Below, piece after piece: positions 18,868-29,115 of a stretch of 64,000 nt of DNA. Below the pieces are notes generated by a model. That model was not told the DNA's origin. It saw only the letters and a list, made by a program, of their open reading frames with translations, and searched no databases. The DNA is taken from positions 1,052 to 65,051 of the forward strand of contig CAZGVE010000018.1 in NCBI GenBank assembly GCA_964528845.1, written 5' to 3'. Numbering within the stretch: the first letter of the stretch is position 1; the number at the start of each line of letters is the position of its first letter. A program made the position numbers and the translations under genes. Source of the stretch: an uncultured Steroidobacteraceae bacterium. Lineage in GTDB: Bacteria > Pseudomonadota > Gammaproteobacteria > Steroidobacterales > Steroidobacteraceae.

Positions 18868-20718
18868 TCAGGCGCCGCCGCCCTGGCCTTTTGGCTGTGC
18901 CGCGGGCTTGAGGGTTGGGCCTGCCGTCAGCGTCTGGAGTTCCTGCTTTTCGTCGTCGCTGAGCGGCTGCAGGCGGGCCTTGTCGATCAGGACCTCCAGC
19001 CGGCCCCCCCGCACCTGCGCGTCGATCAGGCGCGCCACCGCGCGGGACAGCTCCTGCCCGGGCGCGGCATGGTCGGCGGAGAGCCCGACCAGCGGAGCGC
19101 TCGCCGCCAGTTCACACAGCCGTCCGTATTCCGGGCGGTCCCGCCAGCGTTCCAGGGTCTGCGCCATCGTGCCCGCGGGTCGCGCGGCCTGCTCCTCGAG
19201 CAGATCGCGCAGCACCACGATTCCCGGGTGCGACAGGCCCGCCAGCGAGCGGCGCTGCTCGGCCGTCACGGCCGCGGTCGCGCCCGGAAAATGCAGCGCC
19301 AGACTGATCGCCTGAGTCATGAGGCTGCCACGCCCGGTGCGCGCCGGCTCACGGGTGCTGCCTCGTTCCTGCTGCGGTGCCTTGCCGCCACCCGCCGGCG
19401 GATGCGCAATCCATTGGCGCAGCCGGTCCGGCGTGAGCTGCAATGCTGCGGCTACGCGCTCGAGCAGCAGCTCCAGGTACACGCCGGGAGCGACCTTCTC
19501 GAGCAGCGGCTGGGCCAGCGCCACGAAGTGCGCCTTGCCATCCGCATGCCGCACGTCGGCCTGTTCCGAGAGCCAGGACACGAGGTATTCGGACAACGGC
19601 ACCGCGTCCGCGAGCCGCGCTTCGAACGCCGTCGCGCCCTCGCGGCCCACCAGCGAATCCGGATCCTCACCCTCGGGCAGGAACAGGAAGCGCACTTCGC
19701 GACCGGCGCGCACCTCGGGCAGTACCGTCTGCAGCGCGCGCGCCGCCGCAGCGCGGCCCGCCCGATCGCCGTCGAACGCGAACACGATCTCGCTGACGAT
19801 GCGGAAGGCGCGCCGCAGGTGCTCCGGGGTCGTCGCGGTGCCCAGCGTCGCCACCGCGTACGCGATGCCCGCCTGGTGCAGCCGCACGGTATCCATGTAG
19901 CCCTCGACCAGCAGCAGGCGCCGCAGGCCCTGGCGCGCCAGGCGCGTCTCGTACAGCCCGTAGAGCTCGCGTCCCTTGTGGAACAGCGCGGTCTCCGGAG
20001 AGTTCAGATACTTCGGCTCGCCCGCATCCAGCACCCGGCCGCCGAAGGCGATGACGCGACCGCGCGTATCCCGGATCGGAAACATGATCCGATCGCGAAA
20101 GCGGTCGTAGCAGCCATCGCCGCGCTCGCGCTCGATGATCAGGCCCGCCTCCTTCAGCGTGCGCTGCGCGGCCTCCGTGGCGCCGAAGTGCCGCAGCACC
20201 TCGTTCCAGGAATCGGGGGCATAGCCGATCCGGAATCGATCGATGATCGGCGAGCCAAGCCCTCGCGCTGTGACGTAATCGCGGGCGCGCGCAGTGCGCC
20301 CGAGCTGCTCGTGATAGAAATCGGCGACCTGCGCGAGCAGTGCATACATGGGCTCGAGCGTCGCGGCCTGCTCCTGCGCGCCGGCGGGCGCGCCGGCGGG
20401 CGCGCCGGGATCCCGGCCCTCATGCGGCACGGTCAGTCCGAGGCGCGTGGCGAGGTCCTCGACCGCTTCCGGGAACGGCAGGCGGTCGTAGTCCATCAGG
20501 AAGCCGAGTGCGGTGCCGTGCGCGCCGCAGCCGAAGCAGTGGTAGAACTGCTTGTCCGGACTGACCCAGAACGAGGCGGTCTTCTCGTCGTGGAACGGGC
20601 AGCAGGCCTTGTATTCGCGCCCGGCCTTCTTCAGTGGAACCCGCGCGCCGATGATCTCCACGATGTCGGCGCGGGCGATCAGCTCGTCGATGAAGGCTTG
20701 AGGAATCCTGCCGGCCAT
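18868..20718 (-). CDS. dnaG: DNA primase DnaG
   Basis: Zinc-ribbon N-terminus (GREYKACCPFHDEKTASFWVSPDKQFYHCFGCGAHG) and a TOPRIM core (LLLVEGYMDTV). Confidence 0.97.
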   Translation of the reverse strand: MAGRIPQAFIDELIARADIVEIIGARVPLKKAGREYKACCPFHDEKTASFWVSPDKQFYHCFGCGAHGTALGFLMDYDRLPFPEAVEDLATRLGLTVPHEGRDPGAPAGAPAGAQEQAATLEPMYALLAQVADFYHEQLGRTARARDYVTARGLGSPIIDRFRIGYAPDSWNEVLRHFGATEAAQRTLKEAGLIIERERGDGCYDRFRDRIMFPIRDTRGRVIAFGGRVLDAGEPKYLNSPETALFHKGRELYGLYETRLARQGLRRLLLVEGYMDTVRLHQAGIAYAVATLGTATTPEHLRRAFRIVSEIVFAFDGDRAGRAAAARALQTVLPEVRAGREVRFLFLPEGEDPDSLVGREGATAFEARLADAVPLSEYLVSWLSEQADVRHADGKAHFVALAQPLLEKVAPGVYLELLLERVAAALQLTPDRLRQWIAHPPAGGGKAPQQERGSTREPARTGRGSLMTQAISLALHFPGATAAVTAEQRRSLAGLSHPGIVVLRDLLEEQAARPAGTMAQTLERWRDRPEYGRLCELAASAPLVGLSADHAAPGQELSRAVARLIDAQVRGGRLEVLIDKARLQPLSDDEKQELQTLTAGPTLKPAAQPKGQGGGA

Positions 20719-20743
20719 GGTGGCCGGTAGTCTAGGACAACTG

Positions 20744-21187
20744 CTAGGCCAGGCGAGCCTTGATGCGCGCTCCGACCGCCGCCATGTCGGCGCGACCCTG
20801 CGCTTTGGCCTTGATCTGCGCCATGACCTTGCCCATGTCCTTGATCGTGGTCGCGCCAGTCTGGGTGACCGCCTCTTCGATCAGCGCGTCGAGCTCGGCT
20901 GCGCCGAGCGGGGTCGGCAGGTAGGAATGGATGATCGCCAGCTCGGCGGCTTCCTTCGCAGCCAGGTCCGGGCGCGCGCCGGATTCGAACTGCTGGATGG
21001 ATTCGCGCCGCTGCTTGCCCATCTTTTCCAGCACCGCAAGTATCTGCGGGTCGTCGAGCACGATGCGCTCGTCGACCTCGCGCTGCTTGATCGCCGCCAG
21101 GATCAGCCGCACGATGCCCAGCCGCTCCTTCTCGGCTGCGCGCATCGCGCTCTTCATGTCCTCCTGGATGCGCTCCTTGAGGCCCAT
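20744..21187 (-). CDS. GatB/YqeY domain-containing protein
   Basis: 147 aa (MGLKERIQEDMKSAMRAAEKERLGIVRLILAAIKQREVDERI...). Typical YqeY family, located in the rpsU-yqeY-dnaG-rpoD operon context. Confidence 0.9.
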   Translation of the reverse strand: MGLKERIQEDMKSAMRAAEKERLGIVRLILAAIKQREVDERIVLDDPQILAVLEKMGKQRRESIQQFESGARPDLAAKEAAELAIIHSYLPTPLGAAELDALIEEAVTQTGATTIKDMGKVMAQIKAKAQGRADMAAVGARIKARLA

Positions 21188-21233
21188 ATGTTCGAGCGGG
21201 CTGTCGGGTCAGTGCGGAATCGGGAACCGCGTA

Positions 21234-21443
21234 TCAGCGCGCCGGGCGCGCGAAATCGCGAGACACGCGCTTCATGTGCCGTTTGACGGCGGCGGCCTTC
21301 TTGCGCTTACGTTCCTGTGTCGGCTTTTCGTAGAATTCGCGCCGGCGCAGCTCGGCAAGCACACCCGCCTTCTCGCAGGCGCGCTTGAAGCGACGCAATG
21401 CGGCATCGAAATACTCGTTCTCGCGAACACGAACGCTCGGCAT
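21234..21443 (-). CDS. rpsU: 30S ribosomal protein S21
   Basis: [56 protein letters not shown]. Confidence 0.97.
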   Translation of the reverse strand: MPSVRVRENEYFDAALRRFKRACEKAGVLAELRRREFYEKPTQERKRKKAAAVKRHMKRVSRDFARPAR

Positions 21444-21590
21444 CGAAATTACAACCTCTTGAAAATGAAGTCTTTTTGAGTAAGCGCGCGGCGACTTCGG
21501 GCCGCGATTCTAAAGAGACTCCACGGAAAAGGCAAAATACCCCGCAGCGCGCGGTCCCAGCGCCGCGCGGCGCGGGCGCAAAGCTCCACC

Positions 21591-22622
21591 ATGCGCATAC
21601 TCGCCATCGAAACTTCCTGCGACGAAAGTGCGGTCGCCGTGCTCGATGAGCAGCTCGGGCTGCTCTCCCATGAGCTCTGGAGCCAGGTCGAACTGCACCG
21701 GGCCTATGGCGGCGTGGTACCGGAACTCGCCTCGCGCGATCACGTGCGCCGGCTGGTGCCGTTGCTGCGCACGGCGCTCGGGCGCGCGCAGACGCACCCG
21801 ACGCAGATCGATGGCATTTCCTACACGGCCGGGCCGGGGCTGGTCGGTGCGCTGCTGACCGGTGCTGCGTTCGCGCAGTCACTGGCACTGGGTTGGAAGG
21901 TGCCAGCACTGGGCATTCATCATCTGGAAGCGCACCTGCTCGCGCCGCTGCTCGAGACGCCGGCGCCACCGCTGCCGCACGTGGCGCTGCTGGTCTCGGG
22001 CGGACACACGATGCTCGTGGATGTGCGCGGGATCGGGGACTACCGGATCCTCGGGGCCACGCGCGACGATGCCGCCGGCGAGGCCTTCGACAAGACGGCC
22101 AAACTGCTCGGACTGCCGTATCCGGGCGGTCCGCAGCTTGCCCGCCTCGCCGAGGGCGGGCGGGAGGGCGCCTATCGCTTTCCGCGTCCGATGCTGGACC
22201 GACCCGGCCTCGAGTTCAGCTTCTCGGGGCTCAAGACCGCCGTGATGCAGGCGGTGCGCGAGGCACCGCTGTCCGAGCAGGGGCGTGCCGACGTGGCCCG
22301 GGCCGTAGAGGATGCGATCGTTGCGACGCTGAGCGCCAAGGCGCTGCGCGCGCTGGAGTCCACGGGCTACGCCGCGTTGGTCGTCGCCGGTGGCGTCGGG
22401 GCCAACCGCGCACTGCGCACGCGCCTCACGCAGCAGGCCGCGCTGATCGGGGTGCAGACCTTTTTCCCGCGGCTCGAATTCTGCACCGACAACGCGGCCA
22501 TGGTCGCCGTTGCCGGGATGTACCGGCTGCGGGCCGGTGAGCATGCCGGCTCGAGCATCAACGTCCGGGCGCGCTGGCCGCTCGATGAGCTGCGGATCCC
22601 GGGCAGCCCCGTCATGCCCTAG
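21591..22622 (+). CDS. tsaD: tRNA N6-adenosine threonylcarbamoyltransferase TsaD
   Basis: [19 protein letters not shown]...[12 protein letters not shown]...[10 protein letters not shown]...LLVSGGHT. Divergent from rpsU, as in many proteobacteria. Confidence 0.97.
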   Translation: MRILAIETSCDESAVAVLDEQLGLLSHELWSQVELHRAYGGVVPELASRDHVRRLVPLLRTALGRAQTHPTQIDGISYTAGPGLVGALLTGAAFAQSLALGWKVPALGIHHLEAHLLAPLLETPAPPLPHVALLVSGGHTMLVDVRGIGDYRILGATRDDAAGEAFDKTAKLLGLPYPGGPQLARLAEGGREGAYRFPRPMLDRPGLEFSFSGLKTAVMQAVREAPLSEQGRADVARAVEDAIVATLSAKALRALESTGYAALVVAGGVGANRALRTRLTQQAALIGVQTFFPRLEFCTDNAAMVAVAGMYRLRAGEHAGSSINVRARWPLDELRIPGSPVMP

Positions 22623-22631
22623 ACTTGGGAC

Positions 22632-23027
22632 ATGAGCGAATCCCGGATCGAGGACGTCATCTTCCTGCGCGGCCTGTCCGTGGAGTGCATCATCGGCTTC
22701 ATCGACTGGGAACGCCGTACGCCCCAGACGCTGGTGTTCGACCTGGAATTGCCCTGCGACTGCGCGCGGGCGGCGCAGCGCGACGATGTCGCCGATACCC
22801 TGGACTACAAGCAGATCGCGAAGCGCATCCTCGCCTGGGTGCCGGACACGCAGTTCCACCTGGTCGAGACGCTCGCGCACCGGCTGGCGCTGCTGCTGCT
22901 GGCCGAGTTTCCGCTCGAGTGGGTGCGCATCAGCGTGAACAAGCCGGGCGCTATTCGGCACTCGCGCGACGTCGGCGTTCGCATCGAGCGCCGGCGTCGC
23001 GACCTTGGGGCCTCGCCCGGCGCATGA
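22632..23027 (+). CDS. folB: Dihydroneopterin aldolase FolB
   Basis: 131 aa (IFLRGLSVECIIGFIDWERRTPQTLVFDLEL...DTLDYKQIAKRI), a FolB-like fold signature. Adjacent to folK. Confidence 0.88.
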   Translation: MSESRIEDVIFLRGLSVECIIGFIDWERRTPQTLVFDLELPCDCARAAQRDDVADTLDYKQIAKRILAWVPDTQFHLVETLAHRLALLLLAEFPLEWVRISVNKPGAIRHSRDVGVRIERRRRDLGASPGA

Positions 23028-23521
23028 GCCGCGCCTTCGTCGCGCTCGGCAGCAGCATCGAGCCGGCGGCGAGAATGGCGGCGGCGGCACGCGCGCTCAA
23101 GGCGCACTTTCCCGACGCGCGCTTCTCCGCGTGCTACCGCAACACCGCGTTCGGTTTCGACGGCGCGGACTTCCTCAACGCCGTCGTGGAGTTCAGCACG
23201 ACATTGCCGGTGCCGGAGCTGCTCGGCGTCCTGCACGCGATCGAGGCGCAGTGCGGGCGCGCCCGCAACGATCCCAAATGGGCTCCCAGGGCCATGGACC
23301 TGGACCTGCTGCTGTACGACGAGCTGGTGGCCAGCGGTCCTGGCTACACGCTGCCGCGCCCGGACCTGAGCGATCGGATCTACATGCTCGGCCCGCTGGC
23401 CGAGCTCGCGCCGCAGCGCGCGCATCCGGTGACCGGCCAGCGCTTCGGGGCGCTGTGGGCAGCCTTTCCACGGGCGGCGCAGGCAATGACGCCGACACCG
23501 CCGGATCTGAACGCCGCGTGA
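23024..23521 (+). CDS. folK: 2-amino-4-hydroxy-6-hydroxymethyldihydropteridine pyrophosphokinase FolK
   Basis: ATGA overlap with the folB stop. Sequence is AFVALGSSIEP...PRAMDLDLLLYDE...LPRPDLSDRIYMLGPLAELAP. Confidence 0.88.
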   Translation: MSRAFVALGSSIEPAARMAAAARALKAHFPDARFSACYRNTAFGFDGADFLNAVVEFSTTLPVPELLGVLHAIEAQCGRARNDPKWAPRAMDLDLLLYDELVASGPGYTLPRPDLSDRIYMLGPLAELAPQRAHPVTGQRFGALWAAFPRAAQAMTPTPPDLNAA

Positions 23522-23532
23522 GCCCACGCGGT

Positions 23533-24285
23533 CTACCAGCCGATGCTGCGCCCGCCATCGACCGCCAGCACCTGCCCGGTCACGAACGGCGCATCGGCGG
23601 CGAAGAACACCACGGTGCGTGCGATGTCCGCGGGATCGCCGGCACGCGCCAGCGGCGTCCGGGCGAGAATGCCGGCTTTGCGCTGCTCATCGACACCCGC
23701 TTCGGGCCACAGCACCGGACCCGGTGCGATGGCGTTCACGCGCACCTCGGGCGCCAGCTCGCGCGCCAGTGCGCGGGTGAGCATCACCAGTCCGGCCTTG
23801 GCTGCGCTGTACACGATATGGTCACGCAGCGGCCGCAGGCCATGGATATCGACGATGTTCAGCACCGCGCCACGCGATGCACGCAATGCCGGGGCCGCCG
23901 CCTGCGACAGGAACAGCGGGGCACGCATGTTGGTGCCGATCAGGTCTTCCCAGGCCGCGAGGCTGATCTCGCCGACCGGCGTGGGATAGAAGCTCGAGGC
24001 GTTGTTGACCAGCAGATCGAGGCCGCCGAAGCGTTCCTGTGTCGCGGCGACGAGCTGCGGCAGCGCCGCGACGTCGAGCAGGTCCAGGGCCGCGGCCTGC
24101 GCGCTGCCCGCGCGCTCCGAGCGCAGCTCCGCGGCCAGGCGCTCGGCCTCAGGCAGCGATCGGTGGCAGTGGATCATCACGCTGGCACCCTCGGCATGCA
24201 GCGCACGCACGATCGCCGCGCCGACGCGGCGCGCGCCGCCGGTCACCAGCGCGGTCCTGCCAGCCAGGCGGAGCGGGTCGGTCAT
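23533..24285 (-). CDS. Short-chain dehydrogenase/reductase, pteridine reductase (FolM/PTR1)-like
   Basis: TGGARRVG Rossmann motif, NNAS, and a YxxxK catalytic motif (YSAAKAGLVMLTRALA). The folB/folK neighbourhood suggests pteridine reductase. Confidence 0.72.
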   Translation of the reverse strand: MTDPLRLAGRTALVTGGARRVGAAIVRALHAEGASVMIHCHRSLPEAERLAAELRSERAGSAQAAALDLLDVAALPQLVAATQERFGGLDLLVNNASSFYPTPVGEISLAAWEDLIGTNMRAPLFLSQAAAPALRASRGAVLNIVDIHGLRPLRDHIVYSAAKAGLVMLTRALARELAPEVRVNAIAPGPVLWPEAGVDEQRKAGILARTPLARAGDPADIARTVVFFAADAPFVTGQVLAVDGGRSIGW

Positions 24286-24296
24286 GGGCGCAGCTT

Positions 24297-25472
24297 ATGA
24301 CTTCTGAGGTCGACGGCTCAACGCTGCCGGCGCTGTCGGCGCAGGAGCTCCTGCATTCGGCCGCGGTGCTGGCCGCGGTGCGGGATGCGGTGGCGGCTGC
24401 CGGCGGCTGGCTTGCCTTCGACGACTACCTGCGCATCGCGCTGTACGCACCAGGGCTCGGCTACTACAGCGCCGGCGGCGCAAAGTTCGGTGCGGGCGGG
24501 GACTTCGTGACCGCGCCGGAGATCTCGAACCTGTTCTCGCACTGTGTGGCGCGCCAGTGCGCCGAGATCCTGACTGCGACCGGCGGGGGCAGCGTGCTCG
24601 AACTGGGTGCCGGCACCGGGCGGATGGCGGCTGCGGCACTGCTGGCGCTGGACCGGCTCGGCGCGCTGCCAGAGCGGTACTGGATCCTCGAGGTCAGTGC
24701 CGAGCTGCGCGCGCGTCAGCGCGCCACGCTCGGCGCGCTGCCCTCGGCGCTCGCGCAGCGTGTGTGCTGGCTCGAGACCCTGCCCGATACGCCAATCCAC
24801 GGCGTGGTGCTGGCCAATGAGGTCGCGGATGCATTGCCGTTCCAGCGCTTCGCGATCCACTCCGGCCGGTTCTGGGAACGTGGCGTGGCAGTCAGCGACG
24901 ACGGAGGACTTCTCGAGGCGGATCGCGCTGCGCCCGCATCGCTGGTCCGGGAACTCGAACGACTCCGTGCCGGATGGCCGGCGAGCTACGTGTCCGAACT
25001 CTGTCCGCTGCAGGGGCCTTGGATCGCGTCGCTGGCCGCCACGCTCGCGCGCGGCGCCGTGCTGCTGACCGACTACGGGCTGCCGCGGCGCGACTATTAC
25101 GATCCGCGGCGCGCGCACGGCACGCTGCGCTGCCACTTTCGCCATCGCGCGCATGAAGATCCGCTGTGCAATCCGGGTCTGCAGGACATCACGGCCTGGG
25201 TCGACTTCACCCGGCTCGCGGAGGCGGCGGCCGACGCGCAGCTCGAAGTCGCCGGCTATTGCACGCAGGCCGCGTTCCTGCTCGGCACCGGTATCGAGGC
25301 GGAAGTGGCAGCGGCTGCCAGTGACGTGCAGCGTTCGCGTTTGGCCGCCCAAGCGCGAGCGCTGCTGATGCCGGAGGAGATGGGAGAGCACTTCAAGGCG
25401 ATCGTCTTCACGCGCGGTCTTGACCTGCCGCTGCAGGGCTTCCGGCATCAGGACCTGCGTCATGCGTTGTGA
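24297..25472 (+). CDS. Class I SAM-dependent methyltransferase (DUF185 / NDUFAF7-like family)
   Basis: YYSAGGAKFGAGGDFVTAPEISNLFSHCVA...VLELGAGTGRMA is the typical family N-terminus. The start was set at ATG 24297 within the longer track ORF. Confidence 0.8.
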   Translation: MTSEVDGSTLPALSAQELLHSAAVLAAVRDAVAAAGGWLAFDDYLRIALYAPGLGYYSAGGAKFGAGGDFVTAPEISNLFSHCVARQCAEILTATGGGSVLELGAGTGRMAAAALLALDRLGALPERYWILEVSAELRARQRATLGALPSALAQRVCWLETLPDTPIHGVVLANEVADALPFQRFAIHSGRFWERGVAVSDDGGLLEADRAAPASLVRELERLRAGWPASYVSELCPLQGPWIASLAATLARGAVLLTDYGLPRRDYYDPRRAHGTLRCHFRHRAHEDPLCNPGLQDITAWVDFTRLAEAAADAQLEVAGYCTQAAFLLGTGIEAEVAAAASDVQRSRLAAQARALLMPEEMGEHFKAIVFTRGLDLPLQGFRHQDLRHAL

Positions 25473-26560
25473 CTCGCGATCAGCGGACGCAGTCGTTCGG
25501 TGCGAGCGGCGCGCAGCGCGTTCGCGATCTGCGGTCCCTTGAGCGAGGCGAGCTGCAGGGCCGGAAGGACGACGTCGGCCGCGAGCGCGCGCGCCCGCAG
25601 CAGCAGCGCCGTGCCCGCCGGGTCGCTCGAGCGCGCCTCGCAGGCGAGCAGCAGCTCGCTGAAGCGTTCGGGGCGGCGCAGCGCGTCGGCATTCTCCAGC
25701 AGCTCGAGCAGCGCGGGCGCATCGAGTCGCCCGACCGAGGCGACGCGCGGCACGAGCCTGGCGCACAGCAGCGCCAGTTCGCGCGCCGGGGTGGGGATCC
25801 GCAGCCGTTCACTCAAGGTCTGCACCGCGGCGGATCCGGCACCGGCCAATAGCGCTGCGAGGCGCACGCTCACCACTGCACTGCGCAGCACGGCGGTGCG
25901 CAGCGCGGCGCGATCGGTTTCCAGCCATGCCAGTTCCGGCAGGACCACGCGCAGCGCGCCGCAATCGCGCAGCGTGTCGAAGCATGCTTCGGGCAGCGGC
26001 TCCGCGAGTGCACGCTCCAGCTCGCGCCAGACCCGCTCCGGTACCAGGGCGGCGGTCTCGCCGTTCTCGACCATCTGGCGCATCAGCGACAGTGTCTCAG
26101 GGGCCAGATGAAAACCCAGCGGTGCGAAGCGGGCGGCAAATCGAGCGACGCGCAGGATGCGGACCGGATCCTCGACGAACGCCGGGGATACGTGGCGCAG
26201 CACTCGCGCCTCGAGGTCGGCTCGCCCGCCCCACGGATCGAACAGCGTGCCGTCTTCCGAGCGTGCCATCGCATTGATGGTCAGGTCACGCCGCTGCAGG
26301 TCCTGCTCGAGCGTGACGTCCGGGGAAGCGTGGGTCTCGAAGCCGCGATATCCCGGCCCGGTCTTGCGCTCCAGGCGCGCGAGCGCGTACTCCTCATGGG
26401 TATCCGGATGCAGGAATACGGGAAAGTCCCGTCCCACCGGGCGGAACCCGAGGCGCTGCATCTGCTCCGGCGTGGCCCCGACGACCACCCAGTCCCGCTC
26501 CGCAGCCGGTAGCCCGAGCAGCTCATCACGGACCGCACCGCCGACGAGATAGACTTGCAT
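25460..26560 (-). CDS. cca: CCA-adding tRNA nucleotidyltransferase
   Basis: MQVYLVGGAVRDELLGLPAAERDWVVVGATPEQMQRLGFRPVGRDFPVFLHPDTHEEYALAR...DLQRRDLTINAMA. Confidence 0.92.
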   Translation of the reverse strand: MQVYLVGGAVRDELLGLPAAERDWVVVGATPEQMQRLGFRPVGRDFPVFLHPDTHEEYALARLERKTGPGYRGFETHASPDVTLEQDLQRRDLTINAMARSEDGTLFDPWGGRADLEARVLRHVSPAFVEDPVRILRVARFAARFAPLGFHLAPETLSLMRQMVENGETAALVPERVWRELERALAEPLPEACFDTLRDCGALRVVLPELAWLETDRAALRTAVLRSAVVSVRLAALLAGAGSAAVQTLSERLRIPTPARELALLCARLVPRVASVGRLDAPALLELLENADALRRPERFSELLLACEARSSDPAGTALLLRARALAADVVLPALQLASLKGPQIANALRAARTERLRPLIASHNA

Positions 26561-26567
26561 CGCGGCC

Positions 26568-27683
26568 ATGTTAACCGACAGCACCAACTCTGCCGCGCGG
26601 ACCCGCAGGGCGCTGCATCTGCTGCCAGTCCTGATCCTGTGCGGCGCGCTGGATGCCTGCGGACTCGGTTATCTCACGCAGGCAGCCAACGGGCAGCTGC
26701 AGGTCATGCGCGCGCGCCAACCGATCGACCGCGTGATCGCCGACCCGGCGACCGACGCGACCGTGCGCCAGAGACTCACGCTGGTCCGCGAGGCCCGTGA
26801 CTTCGCGTCCCGGGAGCTCGGCTTGCCGGACAATCGCAGCTACCGCAGTTTCAGTGCGCTCGATCGGCCCTACGCGGTCTGGAACGTGGTCGCGACACCC
26901 GAATTCTCGGTCGCACCGCGGCGCTGGTGTTTTCCGGTGGCCGGCTGCGTCAGCTACCGGGGGTATTTCATGGAGCAGCAGGCGCGCGGGTTCGCGGCGC
27001 AGCTCGCGTCCCGCGGCGATGATGTGTTCGTGGCCGGCGTGACGGCCTATTCGACGCTCGGGCATTTCTCCGATCCGGTGGTCAGCCCGATGCTGCGCTA
27101 CGACGATCTGGACCTGGTATCGACGATCTTCCATGAACTGGCGCACCAGCTGCTGTACGTGCCGGGGGATTCCGATTTCAGCGAGGCGTTTGCGACCACG
27201 GTCGCGGACGAAGGCCTGCGCCGCTGGCTGCGCTCGCACGGGCGCGTCGGCGAGCTCGATCAGTACCAGAGCGAGGAGCGTGCGATGCAGGTGATCGTGG
27301 CGGCCTTCGCCGATGGCCGCAGTGAACTCGCGACGCTGTTCCGGCAGCAGCTGCCGGCGGAACGCATGCGCGAGCGCAAGCGGGAGCTGCTGGCGGCGAC
27401 CAGTGAGCGCGTGCGCGAGCTCGAGCAGTCCTTCGGCATGCGCACCGGCTATGACAGCTGGCTCGACGCCGGGCTCAACAACGCGCACCTGGCCTCGGTG
27501 GGGACCTATTACGACTGCGTGCCGTCGCTGCAGCGGCTACTCGATTCCGCGCACGGTGAGCTGCCACGCTTCTACGCGGCGATGATCCGCCTGCGCCGGG
27601 CGCCGCAGCTGCGCCAGGCACTGTGCAGGGCGAATCCGGTCAGCTCGTCGCGGGGCGCGACCAAGGTTGCCGCGCGGGGCTGA
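26568..27683 (+). CDS. Predicted zinc aminopeptidase lipoprotein (DUF2265-type)
   Basis: Lipobox (LILCGALDAC) and an HExxH-type motif (IFHELAHQLLYVPGDSDFSEAFATTVADEG). Confidence 0.7.
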   Translation: MLTDSTNSAARTRRALHLLPVLILCGALDACGLGYLTQAANGQLQVMRARQPIDRVIADPATDATVRQRLTLVREARDFASRELGLPDNRSYRSFSALDRPYAVWNVVATPEFSVAPRRWCFPVAGCVSYRGYFMEQQARGFAAQLASRGDDVFVAGVTAYSTLGHFSDPVVSPMLRYDDLDLVSTIFHELAHQLLYVPGDSDFSEAFATTVADEGLRRWLRSHGRVGELDQYQSEERAMQVIVAAFADGRSELATLFRQQLPAERMRERKRELLAATSERVRELEQSFGMRTGYDSWLDAGLNNAHLASVGTYYDCVPSLQRLLDSAHGELPRFYAAMIRLRRAPQLRQALCRANPVSSSRGATKVAARG

Positions 27684-28599
27684 GCCATTCCGGCAGCAGC
27701 GCGCTGAAACCTGCCGGCTTGAGGCCGAGCGCGGCGCAGCCATCCTCGTGGCAGATGCTGTCGGTGAGCAGGGAGCGGTAGTTGTCGCTCGAGAACGGCT
27801 TGCCGGGCAGCCAGTCCATCAGCGCTGCCTGCAACCGTCCCAGCGCGTCCGGCAGTGGCAGGACGTGGCACGGCAGCTGGGCGGCCCGGGCGGTGAGTTC
27901 CACGACCTCTCGAAGCGTGAGCACCTCCGGGCCGCACAGCTCGTAGACCTGGTGTTCGGCCGCGCCCCCATGCAGCGCGCGCATGAACGCCTCGGCGACA
28001 TCTTCTATATGGATCGGCGCGAAGCGGGTCTGCGCGCGGGCCAGCGGCATCAGCCCGCGGCTCAAACGCAGCAGACGCGCGAAGCGCCGGGTCAGCGAAT
28101 CACCGGGCCCGAAGATCACCGACGGGCGGAACACCGTCCAGCCGAGCCGCGATTGCGCACGCACCAGCCGCTCCGCCTCGCCCTTGGTTCGCAGGTAGTA
28201 ACTGCGGCCATTCGCGGCATCGGCATTGAGCGCGCTCATCTGCAGCAGGCGAGCGGCGCGCGCCGCCTGCATCGCGCGCAGCAGGCCGGCAGTGAATTCG
28301 ACATGGGCGCGACGAAAGCCGGAGCCGTCGTGGCCCCGCTCGTTCAGGATCCCGACCAGATTGACGACCACGTCGCAACCTTCGAGGCAGCGGCGCAGGA
28401 AATCGGAATCGTAAACGTTGCCGCGCAGCAGCTCGACGCTCGAGAGGGTCAGCAGGTCATCGGCCCGTCCTGGGTCGCGGGTCGGAATGCGCACGCTGTG
28501 CCCCGCACGCGCCAGGCGCGTGACCAGTGCGTGCCCGACGAAACCCGTGCCGCCGCACACAGCGACGACGAGGGGCCGTCCATTCAGCAGCGGCAGCAT
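27640..28599 (-). CDS. NAD(P)H-binding NmrA/NDUFA9-like epimerase-family protein
   Basis: N-terminal Rossmann motif (VAVCGGTGFVGHALVTRL) and complex I NDUFA9-like overall pattern. The 3' end overlaps the convergent aminopeptidase gene. Confidence 0.8.
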   Translation of the reverse strand: MLPLLNGRPLVVAVCGGTGFVGHALVTRLARAGHSVRIPTRDPGRADDLLTLSSVELLRGNVYDSDFLRRCLEGCDVVVNLVGILNERGHDGSGFRRAHVEFTAGLLRAMQAARAARLLQMSALNADAANGRSYYLRTKGEAERLVRAQSRLGWTVFRPSVIFGPGDSLTRRFARLLRLSRGLMPLARAQTRFAPIHIEDVAEAFMRALHGGAAEHQVYELCGPEVLTLREVVELTARAAQLPCHVLPLPDALGRLQAALMDWLPGKPFSSDNYRSLLTDSICHEDGCAALGLKPAGFSALLPEWLSPARQPWSRPATS

Positions 28600-28618
28600 C
28601 GGCGGTGGCGCGGCGACC

Positions 28619-28648
28619 GGCCTTAGGTTCCGTGCGGAACCTAGGGCC
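28619..28648 (-). terminator. Hairpin downstream of the hsp20 gene
   Basis: GGCCTTAGGTTCCG-TG-CGGAACCTAGGGCC, a 12-14 bp stem with one mismatch. It lies 24 nt past the hsp20 stop. There is no clear U-tract. Confidence 0.5.
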
Positions 28649-28671
28649 GGTCATTGCCGCGACTGCCAGGC

Positions 28672-29115
28672 TCAGTGCGTCTCGACGCTGACCCGCCGCG
28701 GTTCCGGCGCGGCCACCTTCGGGATCGACACTTCCAGCACGCCATTGTTGTGACGGGCCTTGATCTGGTCGGTCTGCACATTGTCCGGCAGCGTGAAACG
28801 CCGCAGGAAAGTGCCCGAGACGCGCTCGAGGCGCTCGAAGCCCTTCTGATTCTCGCGGCGCTCGAACTGCCGGCGGCCGCGCAACGTCAGTACATTGTTC
28901 TCGGCCGTGATCTCGATGTCCTTCGGCTCGACGCCGGGCAGATCCGCGAGCACGACGAACTTGTCGGCATTTTCATGAATATCGACCGACGGCGCCCAGT
29001 TCGCCTCAGCCTCGCCCGCCGCAGCCGGTACGGCAAAGCTGTCGCCGAAGATCTGGTCGATCTGCCGGTGCAGCCGATCCATCACGTTCCAGGGTTCATA
29101 TCGCACGAGTGTCAT
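28672..29115 (-). CDS. Hsp20/alpha-crystallin family small heat-shock protein (IbpA-like)
   Basis: 147 aa with the alpha-crystallin domain (WAPSVDIHENADKFVVLADLPGVEPKDIEITAENNVLTLRGRR...FLRRFTLPDNVQTDQIKARHNNGVLEVSIPK). Confidence 0.95.
   Translation of the reverse strand: MTLVRYEPWNVMDRLHRQIDQIFGDSFAVPAAAGEAEANWAPSVDIHENADKFVVLADLPGVEPKDIEITAENNVLTLRGRRQFERRENQKGFERLERVSGTFLRRFTLPDNVQTDQIKARHNNGVLEVSIPKVAAPEPRRVSVETH

Noticed and set aside
20380-20415. Tandem GCGCCGGCGGGC repeats. Similar GC-rich micro-repeats occur at 17740-17800, 18400-18430 and 61030-61075.
   Set aside because: All lie inside well-supported genes (dnaG, rpoD, chpA). They encode flexible linker or acidic low-complexity segments ([36 protein letters not shown]), so this is ordinary coding low complexity.
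26560-26568. Apparent 7-bp spacing, or overlap if the longer start 26587 is used, between the divergent cca and aminopeptidase genes, as a possible mis-annotation or fused regulatory region.
   Set aside because: Start codons in GC-rich genomes are ambiguous. Both proteins are well supported downstream, and promoters can lie within the neighbouring coding region. Nothing beyond start-site uncertainty can be concluded.
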